Positions 50,530 through 64,000 of a stretch of DNA of 64,000 nt are shown piece after piece. Origin of the DNA: Heteronotia binoei (Eukaryota); assembly GCF_032191835.1 (NCBI RefSeq), contig NC_083226.1:100068001-100132000 (forward strand), in the 5' to 3' direction. The translations under genes and the position numbers were made by a program. Each line of letters starts with the position of its first letter. Position 1 is the stretch's first letter. The notes beneath the pieces are model-generated. The model had not been told where the DNA came from. It saw only the letters and a program-made list of their open reading frames with translations, and did no database searches.

Positions 50530-50870
50530 TAGTTCATAGAATCATAGAGTTGGAAGGGGCCTCCAGGGTCATCTAGTCTGCCTTTTCTTCATCACCTGTT
50601 ACAATTTCACCTTTCTGTCCCCACAAGGGGCTTACCACATCCTTGCTCTTTTTCTTACTTTGAACATAAGAAAAAAACATTTTTGTTGTTGTTTTTAGCA
50701 TATCTCACTAGCCTGTCATCCTGAACTTCAGCTTTCCTAGCACTCTCTCTACATGTATTGATTATCTGTTTATATTAATCAGTTATAAGGCCCTTCTTCC
50801 ATTTCCTAATATAGTTTTTTATTTCTCAGGTCTTTAGAAAGCTGTTTATGGAGCCACCTTGGCTTTTTAA
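50530..50870 (-). mobile_element. Old CR1 fragments
   Basis: catagaatcatagagttggaaggggcctcc tail adjoining degenerate CR1-like internal sequence. Confidence 0.55.
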
Positions 50871-50996
50871 GGCCAGTTTGACTGTGCTTAGGGAATCACT
50901 TGGCATTAATCCATCTTTGTGTACCTCTATAACTGAATGAGGCTTGACCAGAACCATCCAGAACAAGGTGAACAAGCCTGAAGCTCGTTTGGGCTG

Positions 50997-51225
50997 GAGA
51001 GCCAGTTTGGTGTAGTGGTTAAGAGCAATGGACTGGGTTTGATTTCCCACTCCCCTCACTCCCCTCATCACATACAGCCAGTTGGGTGATTTTGGGTCAG
51101 TCACAGTTCTCTCAGAGCTGTTCTTTCAACAGCAGTTCTCTCAGAGCACTCTCAGCTCAACCTACCTCACAGAGTGTCTGTTGTGAAGAAAGGAAGGGAA
51201 GGGAAGGGAAGGAGATTGTAAACCA
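50997..51225 (+). mobile_element. tRNA/CORE SINE (Squam3-like)
   Basis: gagccagtttggtgtagtggttaagag...cctacctcacagagtgtctgttgtg. Confidence 0.8.
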
Positions 51226-52544
51226 GGAAGAGGAAAAGGCATCCTCAATGCGATGATGTCATACATCATCTTGAGAATGCAGCACTGGCAGCACCCACTT
51301 TGAACTCCAAGTGACACCTGCTTACAAGAAGCATTTAAAGGGACTTACCTGGGCTACTCCTACATACCCCTAATGAACTTCCCATTAGCAGCCACTGAGA
51401 ACACTACCAGCCCACAATGGAGTGCCAGGACCAGCTCTGCTACTGCAAATCTCACTCTGAAGAGCCCTCATTCAGGCCCCTGACATCCCTCTAGCTTGCC
51501 CCACTCTCTGCCACCAAGAACGCTGCCATCGCCATGAACACTGCTGGCCCACGATAGAGCACCAGACCAAGCCCTGCCACTGTAACACCTCACATCTTCA
51601 GACACTAGTACCCCATCTCCCAGGGTCCCACAGAGAGACCCTAGTTAACAAAAAGGGTACAGCACAAGACAAAAGGGTACAGCACAAGACTCCTGAAACC
51701 CCGAGGCAGGAGCTTGTCATGGGTATACCAGGTCAGGCCAGGAAGAATGAGAACTTTGGACCTAGGCAAGGCACCTACCTAGGGATGGAGCCAGAGCCTC
51801 AGGAGAAGGGGGGGAAGAAGACACATACCCTAGACACAACTGCTCATTGGGAAAGGACACCAAACACAGACACATTTGTTTCCAACAAGGAAGGCAGACG
51901 CTCACAGAAGGCATGGGGGAGGAGCAAGGAGGGCTGTATTTAAGAGGCAGCAGGGGAAGACCTATGGGAAAGGAAGAGAATCTTTTAAAATCTCTTGGGA
52001 GGGAGAGGGATGGCCACTGGAGTTTGTGCTTGGGGATGGAGTTGCCCGCCACTGGCCAGTGAGGGATCCCCCACCCCTACCAGGGGACTGCCATCCCTAG
52101 TTCTGCTTAAGTATTTCTGACCATGGAATTCTACCCAGCATAATTTTGGCATCTCACACCTTCTGAAGGCCAAACTATAATTAAAAGCTGTCACAATCTT
52201 GCTGATGCTTGTGTGAGTTGTGACCTACTAAGCCAATCATAGTCCAGCAGTGATATAATGTGTTGTGCTAAACCCTTGCTTATGCAACACACAGGACAAA
52301 ACAGCAAACCATTGTTTGTTGCTACATAAACATAGATTGGAAGAAGCTTCAGACACATTCACATTATTCTGGATGGCTCTGGTAAAGCCTCATTCAGATA
52401 TAGGGGTACACAGGGCTGGATTAAGGCCAACTGATGGCCTAAGCACTACCCAACAACCCCTCTCTGCCCTTCCATTGATTGACTGACAAGACATTAAGAT
52501 ACAATAAGTGCTGAAGGTACAATAAAAGATTAAAAATACCTTTT

Positions 52545-52895
52545 AAATGTCTTCCTTCAATTGGAAATACATTTGGGTAGGGTCATCTTCTTTTGAGGCT
52601 CATAGAATTGGACCCCCTGGTCCAATCTTTTTGAAACTTGGGGAGTGTTTTGAGGAGAGACTCCAGATGCTATGTTGTAAATTTGATGCTTCTTTCTCAA
52701 AAAACAACCCCCCCAGAGCTTCAGATACCCATGGATCAATTCTCTATTATCCCCTATGGGAATCAGTCTCCATAGGGTATAATGGAGTGTCCAGCAGACA
52801 TTTCCCTCTCCCCCCACTTTCTGATGACTCTGAAGTGGGGGGGGGAGGACCTCCAAACCAGGGGATCCCCTTCCCCACCTGGGGATTAGCAACCC
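52545..52895. mobile_element. Harbinger-like MITE fragment (reverse orientation)
   Basis: Ends ggggattagcaaccc|ta; reverse complement of the body at 38198-38500. Confidence 0.7.
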
Positions 52896-54708
52896 TACTG
52901 CACAATGCAGGAAATTCACAAGTGCCTGCCCCCTACACACACCCAGTGACCTCTGCTCCAAGCCCAGGAAATGGAAAAAAGAAAAAGAAACAAAAAAAAG
53001 AAAACATTAATTCTCCTGGATCGCTGGCAAGACTGGCCTGGAGAAAAGTTGCCACCTGACCCCAAAGTGGCAAACAGCTTTCCCCTTTATGTGTAAGAAG
53101 CAATAAGCAATATCAGCAAATTATTTACTTATAATCAGAAAACATACACATTTTCAACATATTTAGGCATTTTTAATAAAATTGTTATAAGAAGAAAAGA
53201 CAAATACAAAAATGTATTGAAAACTATTTTTAATCATCCTCCCAAAGATTATAAGGCAAAATGTGATCTGATATTATCTCTACTAAAATACTCTTGAAAA
53301 GCATAGTTTTCAATTTAGATAATCTTTCTACAGAAATCAGTGTTGATGGACATTAAAAAATATATACTCTAATGGAGAAATATTATTTTTGTATGAAACA
53401 AAACATACTTTATTCCATTGCTTTCTGATCTTGTATCTAGCATTTCGATATACATGGATCAAAAGGCGCAAAGTAATGCTTATTGTTGCCTACTTATAAC
53501 TTTATACTTTTAAAAGTTTCCTCCTACTTTTTAAAATTGTGAAGTGTCTGATCAAGTCATCAAAACTAATCTGGCATAACAAATCTGCTTGTGTACTTAG
53601 TAGCAACAAGGCATCCACCTGTCTTGTCACAGACTTGCTCCTGCTACCCCTCCTCCTCAGCATTAGAGGTTCCACTGCCTATCATTTCTTATGAATAGCC
53701 ATAACAGAAGGAATGACTGAGAAAAATATTTATCTCTAAGGTGCCCCCTTTTGCGGTTTGAAAAAGGGCTGCCACCAGACATCTTACAGAATGCTGGCGA
53801 TCACAGTCGAGAATTTAACACCGCCTATACAGTACTGAAATAGCACCATAGAATGGTTTTAAAGCTGATATACATAATACATGGTTTTATATGTTTTATT
53901 GGATTGATTGTATTTTATGATGTTGTAAGCCGCCCTGAGTCCGCTTGCGGAGAGGGCGGGATATAAATTGAAAGTAATAAATAAATAAATAAATAAATTC
54001 CCCTGGTGCCCTATTTTGCTTAGCTAATCCAGGGCTGGGGGGTACACTTAAGAAGCCATAGGCATCAAGTTAGCTTTCCTGTACGAGATCATTTAATTCC
54101 TGGAAAGAGATACATATCAATGCTTCTGATTTGTTATGGATATAGTACACAAGTAATACTATGAGAAAAATCTTTGTTTCCCTGTTGCCCTTTCATTACA
54201 ACATAACTATTTGCATCTTTTAACATTGATAAACTCAAAGGAAAATTATGCCATCCATTACATAGATAATTAAAGGAGAACAATTGCATGAGTTCTTAAA
54301 AATATCTTCTCCCAAAACAAGAAGTTTACAAGCAAGGAACCTCTTCCAAGAGGAGGCTCTTGATTAATTCAGACTCCCATATTTATAGGATTTTAAAATC
54401 ATCTTCCAACAATAGCTAGCTGTCCCACTAGATTAGGGTGCACATTCTTGCCCTAAACTAATCATTTTCTCATACAGATAATTATTTGTTGGTCCTGTTG
54501 TAGAATGTTTCTGGTTTTTAAAAGGCCATGTTATTGTGCTGTTATTTTGTTTCTTCTCCTTCTCCAAGGCTTATTGTTCTGAGTCTCTAGAATTTCTATT
54601 TGGCAAGTTCAGCTGTTTCTGGTCTGCAAAAACATTCTCTATAATTTTTTTGGTCAAATCCAGCAACTGTTCTGTATTCTTGGCCATATCTGTGACTACG
54701 GTTTCCTG

Positions 54709-54876
54709 CAATGTTCCCTCTAAGCTGCAGAGTCTTGTGAGCAACAATTCTACATTGTGAGCTACTGGCATTAAAGTAGTGAGCTTCTGCTTAATTATTG
54801 TGTTCTGGGGTCATCCTTCCTGAGCTAAGACAAAAATGTGTGAGCTGGAGGCTAAAAATCTGTGAGCTTGCTCACG
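54709..54876. mobile_element. MITE fragment, same family as 30238-30432
   Basis: caatgttccctctaagctgcagagtc...gcttgctcacgctaact. Confidence 0.7.
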
Positions 54877-55456
54877 CTAACTATGCATATTAACTTACAA
54901 CTAACAATTGGCAATTTTGCATACTGTACAGTTTGGGTAATTTTCAGGGCCTTACAGAATTATCTGAGAGACCACACAGAGGAGAGATGCAGGCATGTGG
55001 CACTGCAGGAATTGAACAGACCTTCAAACCAAAATGGGGCCAATTCATGGGGCTGTTAGACAAATAGATAAGCCTTTTTCTATTGTATATTTATCCGCTG
55101 ACTGAAAAAGATTACCTGAAAAGGAATCCTTACCCCCCCCCCCCAAAAAAAAGTTCCATAATAATATATTGTTTATGAAAACTACTAGCATGTTACACAG
55201 TTTTCTATCCTTGGCCTATTTTTTTCCCTTGGCACCCTTGTTAAGGTTGCTCTACTGACACAGTTAATTAATATTTGAATATTACTCAGGTATGAACATG
55301 AACTTAAGAAGCAGCTTGTAAAGCAGAGATATGATCTGATCTTATACTTGTACTACAACTAAAAATAATAATCCAGTGTTTGTGAACTCTTGCAATTAGG
55401 ATGTTGCCTTTGTGTTTACATGCTGGTACAACTTGTAAACAGAAATCCAGCACTTT

Positions 55457-55562
55457 GTATTCCAAAGCATTCTCAATCCTCATGCAGTAGAATGAGAACA
55501 CCAGAGAGAGTATTCCAAAGCATTCTCAATCCTCATGCAGTAGAATGAGAACACCAGAGAGA
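55457..55562 (+). repeat. Perfect 53-bp tandem duplication abutting (GA)n
   Basis: gtattccaaagcattctcaatcctcatgcagtagaatgagaacaccagagaga occurs twice. Confidence 0.95.
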
Positions 55563-56129
55563 GAGAGAGAGAGAGAGAGAATTAAAATTCCTCAACTGCC
55601 ACAATTACATAGAGGGTTCTATCTACTAAGGTTTCTTGTGAAGGATTGCTATTAGACAAAAACAGATAGTGAACATGCTGGGAAATGCCACACAGGTTTT
55701 AAGGAAGAGCTTAAACTAAAAAATGGAAGCACTCTTGCAAGTGTGTCTGGGAATGGGTTCAGAACTGAGGCACTACAAAGGATAAGAGAAAGAAGCTGGA
55801 TTAGGTTACAAACAGAGAATGGAGACTACAGTAGGTTACAAACCTACTACAAATGGAGTAGGTTACAAACAGAGAATGAAGACTAAAGGAAGAGAGGTTT
55901 AATCCTAGGAACTGTGGGATTGGCAAACAAACTTCAGAAGATGTTCAGACATTTTTTGATCTCTCCTCCCTATCCCATCTTCTTCTTGTATGCCACAAGT
56001 TTATTAGCTATTTGCTGGTTTGCAGGAATTATGGTTTGTGTGCTTGTCTTGTATATCAGGCTTGTGAACGATATACAAATCCAAGTTTTCAAGGCAAACA
56101 CAAACTGTAGTTTGTCAAAGCAGATATAA

Positions 56130-56935
56130 TGGAGCCTCCTGGAACGCGCCGCATTGCGGCGTGGCTGAAGGGGAGATTTTGCCCCCCCCCCCCCGGAGGG
56201 AGAGCAGACTCTTCGACACGCTTTCGAGCGCGTCTCGAGGGGGCGGGGCTTCAGCGCTGCTGTTGAAGCCCTGTTTGCTGCCGCGGCAGTCCTCTCGGCG
56301 TCTTTGGCCCACCCGCCTGCCCTGTTTGTTATGTAGGCAATTGCTGTTCACTTCCTTTTGGAGGGGCCAGGTAGGAATTTTTTTCTCCCCGGCTATTTGG
56401 CATGTGACTGGGGGGTGTTTTTTGCCTACCCTGCATAGCATATCAGTGGATTGAGGAATTGGCTTTGGGTTGGTGCCTTGGTAGAGTTTGGTCACTTTTT
56501 AGGGCAGGTTTTACGGGGTTTATGGCACCATGCGGCCTGGGGAGGACCAGTTAGCCTCCCCCTTTTGGGGAGTTAGGGGTCTGGCAGGATCAACCTTTGG
56601 TGTGGCCCAAGGTGTGTGAATGCAGGCTGTCCTGGAGACTCGATTGGATGGGTGCCTTTCGCTGAGACTCGCGTCTGATGTTTGGGCCCTCCGGTGCGAG
56701 CCTCCCTGCTGGGCCTGCCTAATGGGAGCTGTGGCTCACAGCTCTGGCTGGGGGGCCGGGTCTCTCGCCCACTGAAAAAGGCAGGGGAGCGGTCTGAGGA
56801 GACCCCTGGCCCTGACCTGGCCGCAGTTCGGTTGCCCTTGCCATTGCTGTGTGGCCCATAAAGTGGCCCATAGTTTCACCAATCTAATTGTGTCCGTCTC
56901 TTTATTCCGACTTGGGGGGGGGGGCAACTGGCATA
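56130..56935 (+). mobile_element. CpG-rich unclassified element, tentatively a Ngaro/DIRS-group terminal repeat
   Basis: Abrupt GC/CpG-rich block; 3' end ataaagtggcc...tgtgtccgtctctttattccgacttggggggg resembles tyrosine-recombinase element repeat ends from memory. No coding domain seen. Confidence 0.35.
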
Positions 56936-57279
56936 CTAAATTACTAGCTTGATGCCCGTGTTTCGCTATAGTAATTTAAGTACTATTTGTGAATTTCTTT
57001 GCTGCATCTGTAAGTTGTTTCTCCTTGTAGCATTGGTGTATCTTACACAATATCTGCCAGGAGTTTTTTTGAGGGCAGTAAGAGGTGATGGTTGTGAAAG
57101 GTGTAGGTGGGAGCTGGCCTGAGAAAGTGGTGGTGTGGTGGACACTTTGACATGTTCATGTGAGAGGTTCATTTCCCAGCTGGCCCTCAAAAGGTCATGC
57201 ACCATTTTCCCCTGATCATTTGAAAGCTCAGTTTCCACACTGGCTTTTATGTAAAATACCTAGTGTATTTGGTGTAGTG

Positions 57280-60200
57280 GTTTGGTGTAGTGGTTAAGTG
57301 TGAGGACTCTTATCTGGGAGAACTGGGTTTGATTCCCCACTCCTCCACTTGCACCTGCTAGCATGGCCTTGGGTTAGCCATAGCTCTGGTAGAGGTTGTC
57401 CTTGAAAGGGCAGCTGCTGTGAGAGCCCTCTCCAGCCCCACCCACCTCACAGGGCGTCTGTTGTGGGGGTGGAAGGTAAAGGAGATTGTGAGCCACTCTG
57501 TCAGCCAGTGGAACTTCAAAGTAAGCAGACTTCCACTGGTTACAATGTGTCACCAGATCAGATAAATACATTCAGATCTACTATTCCAAACTATATTACG
57601 TTCTGGAGACCAAGTCCTATAAGAAAAGGTTGAAGGAGCTGGGTATGTTTAGCCTAGAGAAGAGACAACTGAGAAGTAATATGATAACCATCTTCAAGTA
57701 CTCGAAGGGCTGTCATGTGTAGATGATGGTGCTGTCATGTAGGAGATGGTTTTCTATTGGACCAGAACCAACAGGCTGATATTAAATCAAAAGAGTTTTT
57801 TGGCTAAACATTAGGAAGAACTTCCTGACATAGTAGTTCCTCAATGGAACAGACTTCCTTGGGAGGTGGTGGGCTTTCCTTCTTTGGAGGTTTTCAAACA
57901 GAGGCTAGATGATGATCTGACAGCAATGTTGATTCTGCGAGGCAGATCATGAGAAGGAGGGCAGGAAGGGTTGCATCAGTGCTTAGTTTTTGTGGTGTTT
58001 TCTTACATGCCCAGGAAAATGCTGGTTACCACTTTGGGGTCAGGAAGCAATTTTTCTCCAGGCCAGTTTGGTCAGGGTTCCTGGAGGAATGTTTTGGGGG
58101 TTATTGGCCATCTTCTGGGCATGAAGCAGTGATCACTGGGTGTGGGGAGGGAGGTATTTGTGAATTTCCTGCATTGTGCAGGAGATTGGACTAGATGGCC
58201 CTGGGTGTTCCTTCCAATTCTATGATTCTATTAATTGCATTATATTACAATCACTATTCCAATCTACTATTCCAAATAAGAAATACAAGAAAATAAAGAA
58301 GATGCATGGTCCTTCTTGATGAGAATACAGATATAAGGACTTAATGAGATTAAGCATATCTATGAGATAAGAAACAATATCCCTGTTAAATCGGAAGGGG
58401 GGGTGTTGTTGTTCCAAATGTTGTAGTAATTTGTAATTCAGCAATTTCCATTTCCAGTCTTTTCCTGAAGTAACAGCTACTTTGAGGTCACCCACTGAAT
58501 GTCCTGGAAGCTTGAAGTACTCTGCTACAGGTTTCTCAGTCTTGTGATTCTTAATATCAGATTTGTGTCTATTAGTCCTTTGGTTTAGGGTTTGACCTGT
58601 TTGCCCTATGTAGAGAACTGAAGGGATTGTTGGCATTTAATGGCGTACACAATGTTAAAAGATAAGCAAGTAAATGAGCCTGAGATGGCTTAGTTGATGT
58701 TATTAGGTCCAGTGATCGTGTTGTCTGGGTTATGTAGCAGCAACGCTGGCATCTGGGGTTATTGCAAGCTCTGGTACCAGTATCCACTTTCAACTTAAAT
58801 GTATTATTACGAGTGAGGAGTTCAGATTGGGGAAATGGTCTTTGTGCAAGAAAAGGTTTGCCCTTCGGTGCTTGTGAAAGAAAGCTGTCACTGTTCAATA
58901 GAGGTTGTAAGTATTTGATGATGCATTGAACTGTTTTGACTTCAGAGCTGTATGTGACTACTAGTGGTGTTCTGTTATTGTCTCTTTGGGGCTTCTTAAA
59001 TACCTGCTAGTTTGACAGATCCAATTAACAGCCGTGTTGGTCTGAAGCAGTAGAACAAAGCAGGAATCCAGTAGCACCTTTAAGACCAACAAAGTTTTAT
59101 TCAGAATGTAAGCTTTTGTGTGCTCTAAGCACACTTCATCAGACAAGGAATCAGGTAAATCAAGTAAAAGGAGTCAGGTAAATTCTGACATTTTGGGATC
59201 AAGCCCTTCAGTAAACAAATTCACTCCAAAGAGAACATCTCATTCATTGAGGTCTCATTTCCACAATTCCAACTGGCATAGCTCTTAGTGTCTCAAAATA
59301 CCCGAGATGTAATACCCAAATTTTGAGACTCTAAGAGCTATGCCACTCTTTGGAGTGAAATTATTTCCTGAAGGGCTTGATCTGAAATGTTCGAACTTAT
59401 CAGGAAGCTGCATTGTCTTCCAGCGTCTGTTCATTGGATCTGCATTCCTTTTTTTTTTCTGGCATGGATCCTTGGTTATACAAGCTTTCTATATAGCATT
59501 GCTGGGACTTTCACTTTCAGGCTTTGTTTCTTTATAATTGGAGGTGCTTTTGTATGTTATATTCTCCTTTTGCTATCATTATTGAGTTTGGCAGTTAAGC
59601 AATTGTATTCATTAGCAATTCTGATTATCTTTTATTGTATTCATAAGTACTTTGACTAGTTTGTATTTATTAACATAATATTGAATTCATATAGTGTCTT
59701 AGAACATAGTGGTTATTTATTGATTCATAATCCCAGTTGGGTGCAGGGGATTCCCTGGTTTGGAGGCACTCCCCCCACTTCAGGATCATCAGAAAGCGTG
59801 TCTTTGTGTGTGAAATTGGGCATTCTGGAGAATCAATCTGTGGGTCCCAGGAGCTTCAAGTGAGCTGTTTTTTGAGGTAGAGGCACCAAATTTTCAGCAT
59901 AGCATCTGGTGCCTTTGCTAACCTCCTCCCAAGTTTTAAAAAGTTTGGACCAGGGGGTCCAATTCTATAAGCTTCAAAAGAAGGTACCCCTATCCTCCAT
60001 TATTTCCAATGCATGGAAGGTATTAAAAGGAGTGCAGCCCCTTTAAATGCAATCGCCAGAACTCCCGTTGGAGTTCAGTCATGCTTGTCACACCCTTGCT
60101 CCACTTCCAAAGCCTCCTGGCTCCACCTCCAAAGTCCCCATATATTTCCTGAGTCAGACCTGTCAACCCTACTTCCAACTCCTTTTTATCTATTATTTGT

Positions 60201-63200
60201 TTGCTATTTATAGTAAATGTAAAGAGATTAATAATCTTAAATGAGGATTGTACCACTTAATGATGTTTGAACATACTGTTTGCAAGAATAAATATGAAGA
60301 AAACTGAAGTAACATGCTAAAAAATTTTTTTGCTCAGATGCACACTAGCTTAGTATCGGATCTATCACACATTTTGTGTTGTATTCTACAAAACAATAGC
60401 GGGCCAAAGTCTTGAAATCCACGTAATATAATTTGAAGAACAGCTATCTGAATTACACTACATTACATTACTGAATTTCATTACATTACAATGATATAAA
60501 TGAAAGGTGATCTTATATCTTTAATAAAGAACTAGTGATATTCATCCTAGCACTAGTAGAATAATTTGTACTTTTTAATTATAAATATTAAGCGTTTGCC
60601 ATTCAGGCTTATTGATCTTTAACCATCTTAATGAGAAATTGCCTAAATTAAACTGATCTAATATTCACTGTAATGTGTTCTAGGAAAGTGATGGTGTGAC
60701 ATAACTATAGAATTTTATACATCTAGCTATGAATGTCCTCTAATAAAGTCACACTATATTACTTCAGGCAAAGATTGAACTGAAGAGAGAAAATGTTTAG
60801 TACAGCAATAATAAGATATCCCTGTTAAATAGGGATGTAGGGAAAGGTTATGTACAGTGCCATCCTCAGCTGAGTCATACTTTTCTAAATCCACTGAAGC
60901 CCATGAGCTTAAAACATAAGAGCATAAGAGAAGCCATGTTGGATCAGGCCAATGGCCCATTGAGTCCAACACTCTGTGTCACACAGTGGCCAAAAAACCC
61001 CCCAAGTGCCATCAGGAGGTTTACAAGTGGGGCTAAAAGAGTCCAATTCTTGACCTGATGGTGGTAGTATGGTCCTTCCACCTGCCAGAGTCTTCTCTTC
61101 TGTCCCTGCATTTGTGTGAAAGGCAAAGGATTTGGAGTCCTGCATTTGTCATTGTGTTCTCTGTAGAATTCTTCATGGGAGTTGCATATAGGCAGGCCAA
61201 CAATGAAAGGTTCCATTATCGTTCCATTATCTATAGCCGCCCTGAGCCTGCCTAGGCGGGGAGGGCGGGATACAAATAAAATTTTACTTTACTTTACTTA
61301 CTTACTTGCTTACTTATCAATCAAAACATGAGATGCTTCCTATCAATGGTTTTCCCCTCCATTTGATCACTTGAGAAGGAACGAATGAACCCCAAAGTGA
61401 AACACTAGGCGAACTCCCACAAGAAAAACTCTCCTCCTGACTGTCCCACCAATCAAAGAAGCTTGTCTGGTAACCATACAAGAAAGGGCTTTTTTGGTGT
61501 CAGCCTCACAATAATAGAAAATAATTTCCCAAGGGAGGTGCACCTAACCCCTCATTGTCAATCTTCAAGAGGCAGGTTGAAGACCGTTGTATTTTGGACT
61601 AGGGTTGCTAGGTGCCTCCTGGCAACTGGCAGGGGATGGGGAGGATTTACCAGGAGCACCAGGGAGGCCTATCCAATGTACAGCAATATGTCCATGTCAC
61701 TGCCACATGTCACTGGGCATGTTTAGCCTGGAGAGGAGGAAGCTGATAGGGGATATGATCACCATCTTCAAGTACTTGAAGGGCTGTCATATAGAGGATG
61801 GTGTGGAATTGTTTTCTGTGGTCCCAGAAGGTACGACCAGAACCAGTGGGTTGAAATTAAAAGAGTCTCTAGCTCAAATTAGGAAGAACTTTCTTAACTT
61901 TAGAGCAGTTCCTCAGTGGAAAAGGCTTCCTCAGGAGGTAGTGGGCTCTCCTTCCTGGAAGGTTTTTAAACAGAGGCTAGATGGCCATCTGACAGCAATA
62001 AAGATCCTGTGATTTTAGGGGGAGGTATTTGTGAATTTCCTGCATTGTGCAGGGGGCTGGACTAGATGACCCTGGAGGTCCCTTCCAACTCTATGATTCT
62101 GTGACCCAGAAGTGACATCATCACATCTGGGATGTCGAGAGCACCACTCTGGTATATGGGCAAAAACTCTATTAAATTTGGCTTCTACCATAGAGTTTTT
62201 GCCCAAATACCAGAACATTGCCCTTAACGTCCCAGATGTAATGACATCACTTCCAGGTCATGTAGGTAGTGACATAAATATGTCACTGCACGTCAGATGG
62301 ATCTCCCTATTTTTAATGGTAAGTTCCCCCTTGGTGGCCTGCTGATCAGTGGCAGGGAGGTGGGGCCTGGCAGTGGGGGACACCCACCTCCACCAGGGGA
62401 TCTGGTAACCCTATTTAGGACTGCATTATTTATTGGCAATCCTAATTGGAAATTGTGGTTTTTGATGTGTTTTTCTAATTGCTTTATTCATGTTGGTTTT
62501 TATTGTGTTTTATCATAGTTTTATTTATAATCATAGTTTTATTTATTTCTTGTGTTTTATCAGTTATATTTATAATTTATATTTATAATATATTTATATA
62601 TTATTTATATTGAGTTCTTCAAGGAAGAAAGGTGTCTTATAAATGTTCCAAATAAATAAAATATAAAGATTGACAAGCCAATAGAAAAGGAAAATATGAG
62701 AAATCATTCCCCTGCACCTCTAAAACAAGACAAAAATGTATGCTGTTCTCAGTGTCAGTGGAGGAATTGTACTCTCTAGTCAGCGATGAACAGATCTATT
62801 AGTTTTCAACAGATATACACTTGTTTTTTTTGCAATCTAATTATACTTTTTTTAGGTACAAACAAGACTGGAATCATTAATTCCAGGGCTACTGTATATT
62901 CTGATACAGTTTGTGATGCAAGATCCTATGAACTATCCAGGGTATAGTAATAAAGACATGTACAATATCATGAAACGACAACTAATACAAAACAACCCAA
63001 ATGTGAACAGTGTCAACAGGCCTTTTTTTTTTTAGCAGGAATTCCTTTGCATATTAGGCTACACCCCTCATGATGTAGCCAGTCCTCCAAGAGTTTACAA
63101 TAGGCCCTGTAAGAAGAGCCCTGTAAGCTCTTGAAGGATTGGCTACATCAAGGGGGTGTAGCCTAATATGCAAAGGAATTCCTGCTACAAAAAAAGCCCT

Positions 63201-64000
63201 GGGTGTGAAACCGTTACCAAGCTACATGTCCATGCAGTGGATAATGATAATTCTGAGTCATCCCAGATTCTAAAGACTTGATAGACTCGTATTTCAGGTC
63301 AGAAATTTGTTCTGATCCATTACCAACAAAATAGTTGGAACCTATAACCAATTTCCTCAAGGGAAGATATAAAACACTACTCTGAACAATTATTTAGAAA
63401 GAAGAAGAAATTGGATTTATACCCCATGCTTTACTCAGAGTCTCAGCAGTTTACAAACTCCTTTCCCTTCCTCTCCCAACAAGGTAGGAGGGACTGAGAG
63501 AGCTGTTTCAAGAACTGTGACTGACCCAATGTCACTCAGCAAGTGCATGGCTTCTCCCAGATTAGAAGCCACATACAATCAGTACACCAGACTGGCCTTG
63601 GACATTATGCCTTGAACATTAATGTACCTTGTTCAGCATTAAAGGCTTTGAACTCTATGTTTAGAGTGATCCCTGCAGAATCCATCAGTAGGACACCCTT
63701 TCCTGTTCAAGGGCTTCTAGATAATGCTGTTATGGTTGAAACCAGCTTTGTTTCTGTCTTGTTTTGTTAAACTGAAGCAAAGTACAACATGGAATAGGAA
63801 GGATATTCCCTTTTATTTGTGTACTTCTCTGAAGATTCAGTAGTAATGTAGGACACATAGCACAGCAAACTTTCAAAACAGCAAAATTTCAAGTAATTAT
63901 GAGGAGATATTAGCTCTTCCTTGGAAAACATATCTTTCCATTTCTTGATCTGACAGAGAAAAGAAAAAAATGCTAAGATTTTACAAACTGATTTGGTCAA
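57280..64000 (+). repeat. Segmental duplication, copy 2 (runs off the window end)
   Basis: Matches 21122-27842; junction preceded by a tandem 13-mer tttggtgtagtgg (57268-57280 and 57281-57293). Confidence 0.97.

Noticed and set aside
54571-54771. 66-aa minus-strand ORF that looks protein-like
   Set aside because: Its first third is the MITE at 54709-54876; the rest is short and unrecognised.
1-64000. CRISPR arrays, operons or other prokaryotic systems
   Set aside because: The sequence is vertebrate; no regularly spaced repeat-spacer array was seen.

Overview
Vertebrate genomic DNA, most likely a squamate and probably a gecko, judged from the repeat families (Sauria/Squam-type SINEs, 5S-derived SINE, CR1, Penelope-like elements, DIRS, hAT and Harbinger-like MITEs). 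I cannot name any host protein-coding gene. The long ORFs at 2.4-4.4 kb look like GC-rich artefacts of a CpG island, which carries a perfect minus-strand splice donor. The rest is intron-like or intergenic and rich in transposon remnants. Main points: (1) a hammerhead ribozyme with an intact core in a Penelope-like pseudo-LTR (15.8 kb, minus) and a second, mutated one at 22.97 kb; (2) an apparently identical duplication of at least 6.7 kb (21,122-27,842 = 57,280-64,000, offset 36,158), which is either very recent or an assembly artefact; (3) an old DIRS body (RT, methyltransferase, tyrosine recombinase) followed head-to-tail by a younger DIRS 5' end plus gag; (4) several nested insertions and long hairpins; (5) a weakly supported, phase-compatible chain of minus-strand exons. 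There are two N gaps (18,492-18,711 and 50,098-50,257). All family assignments come from recalled motifs, not database searches, and most TE boundaries are approximate.
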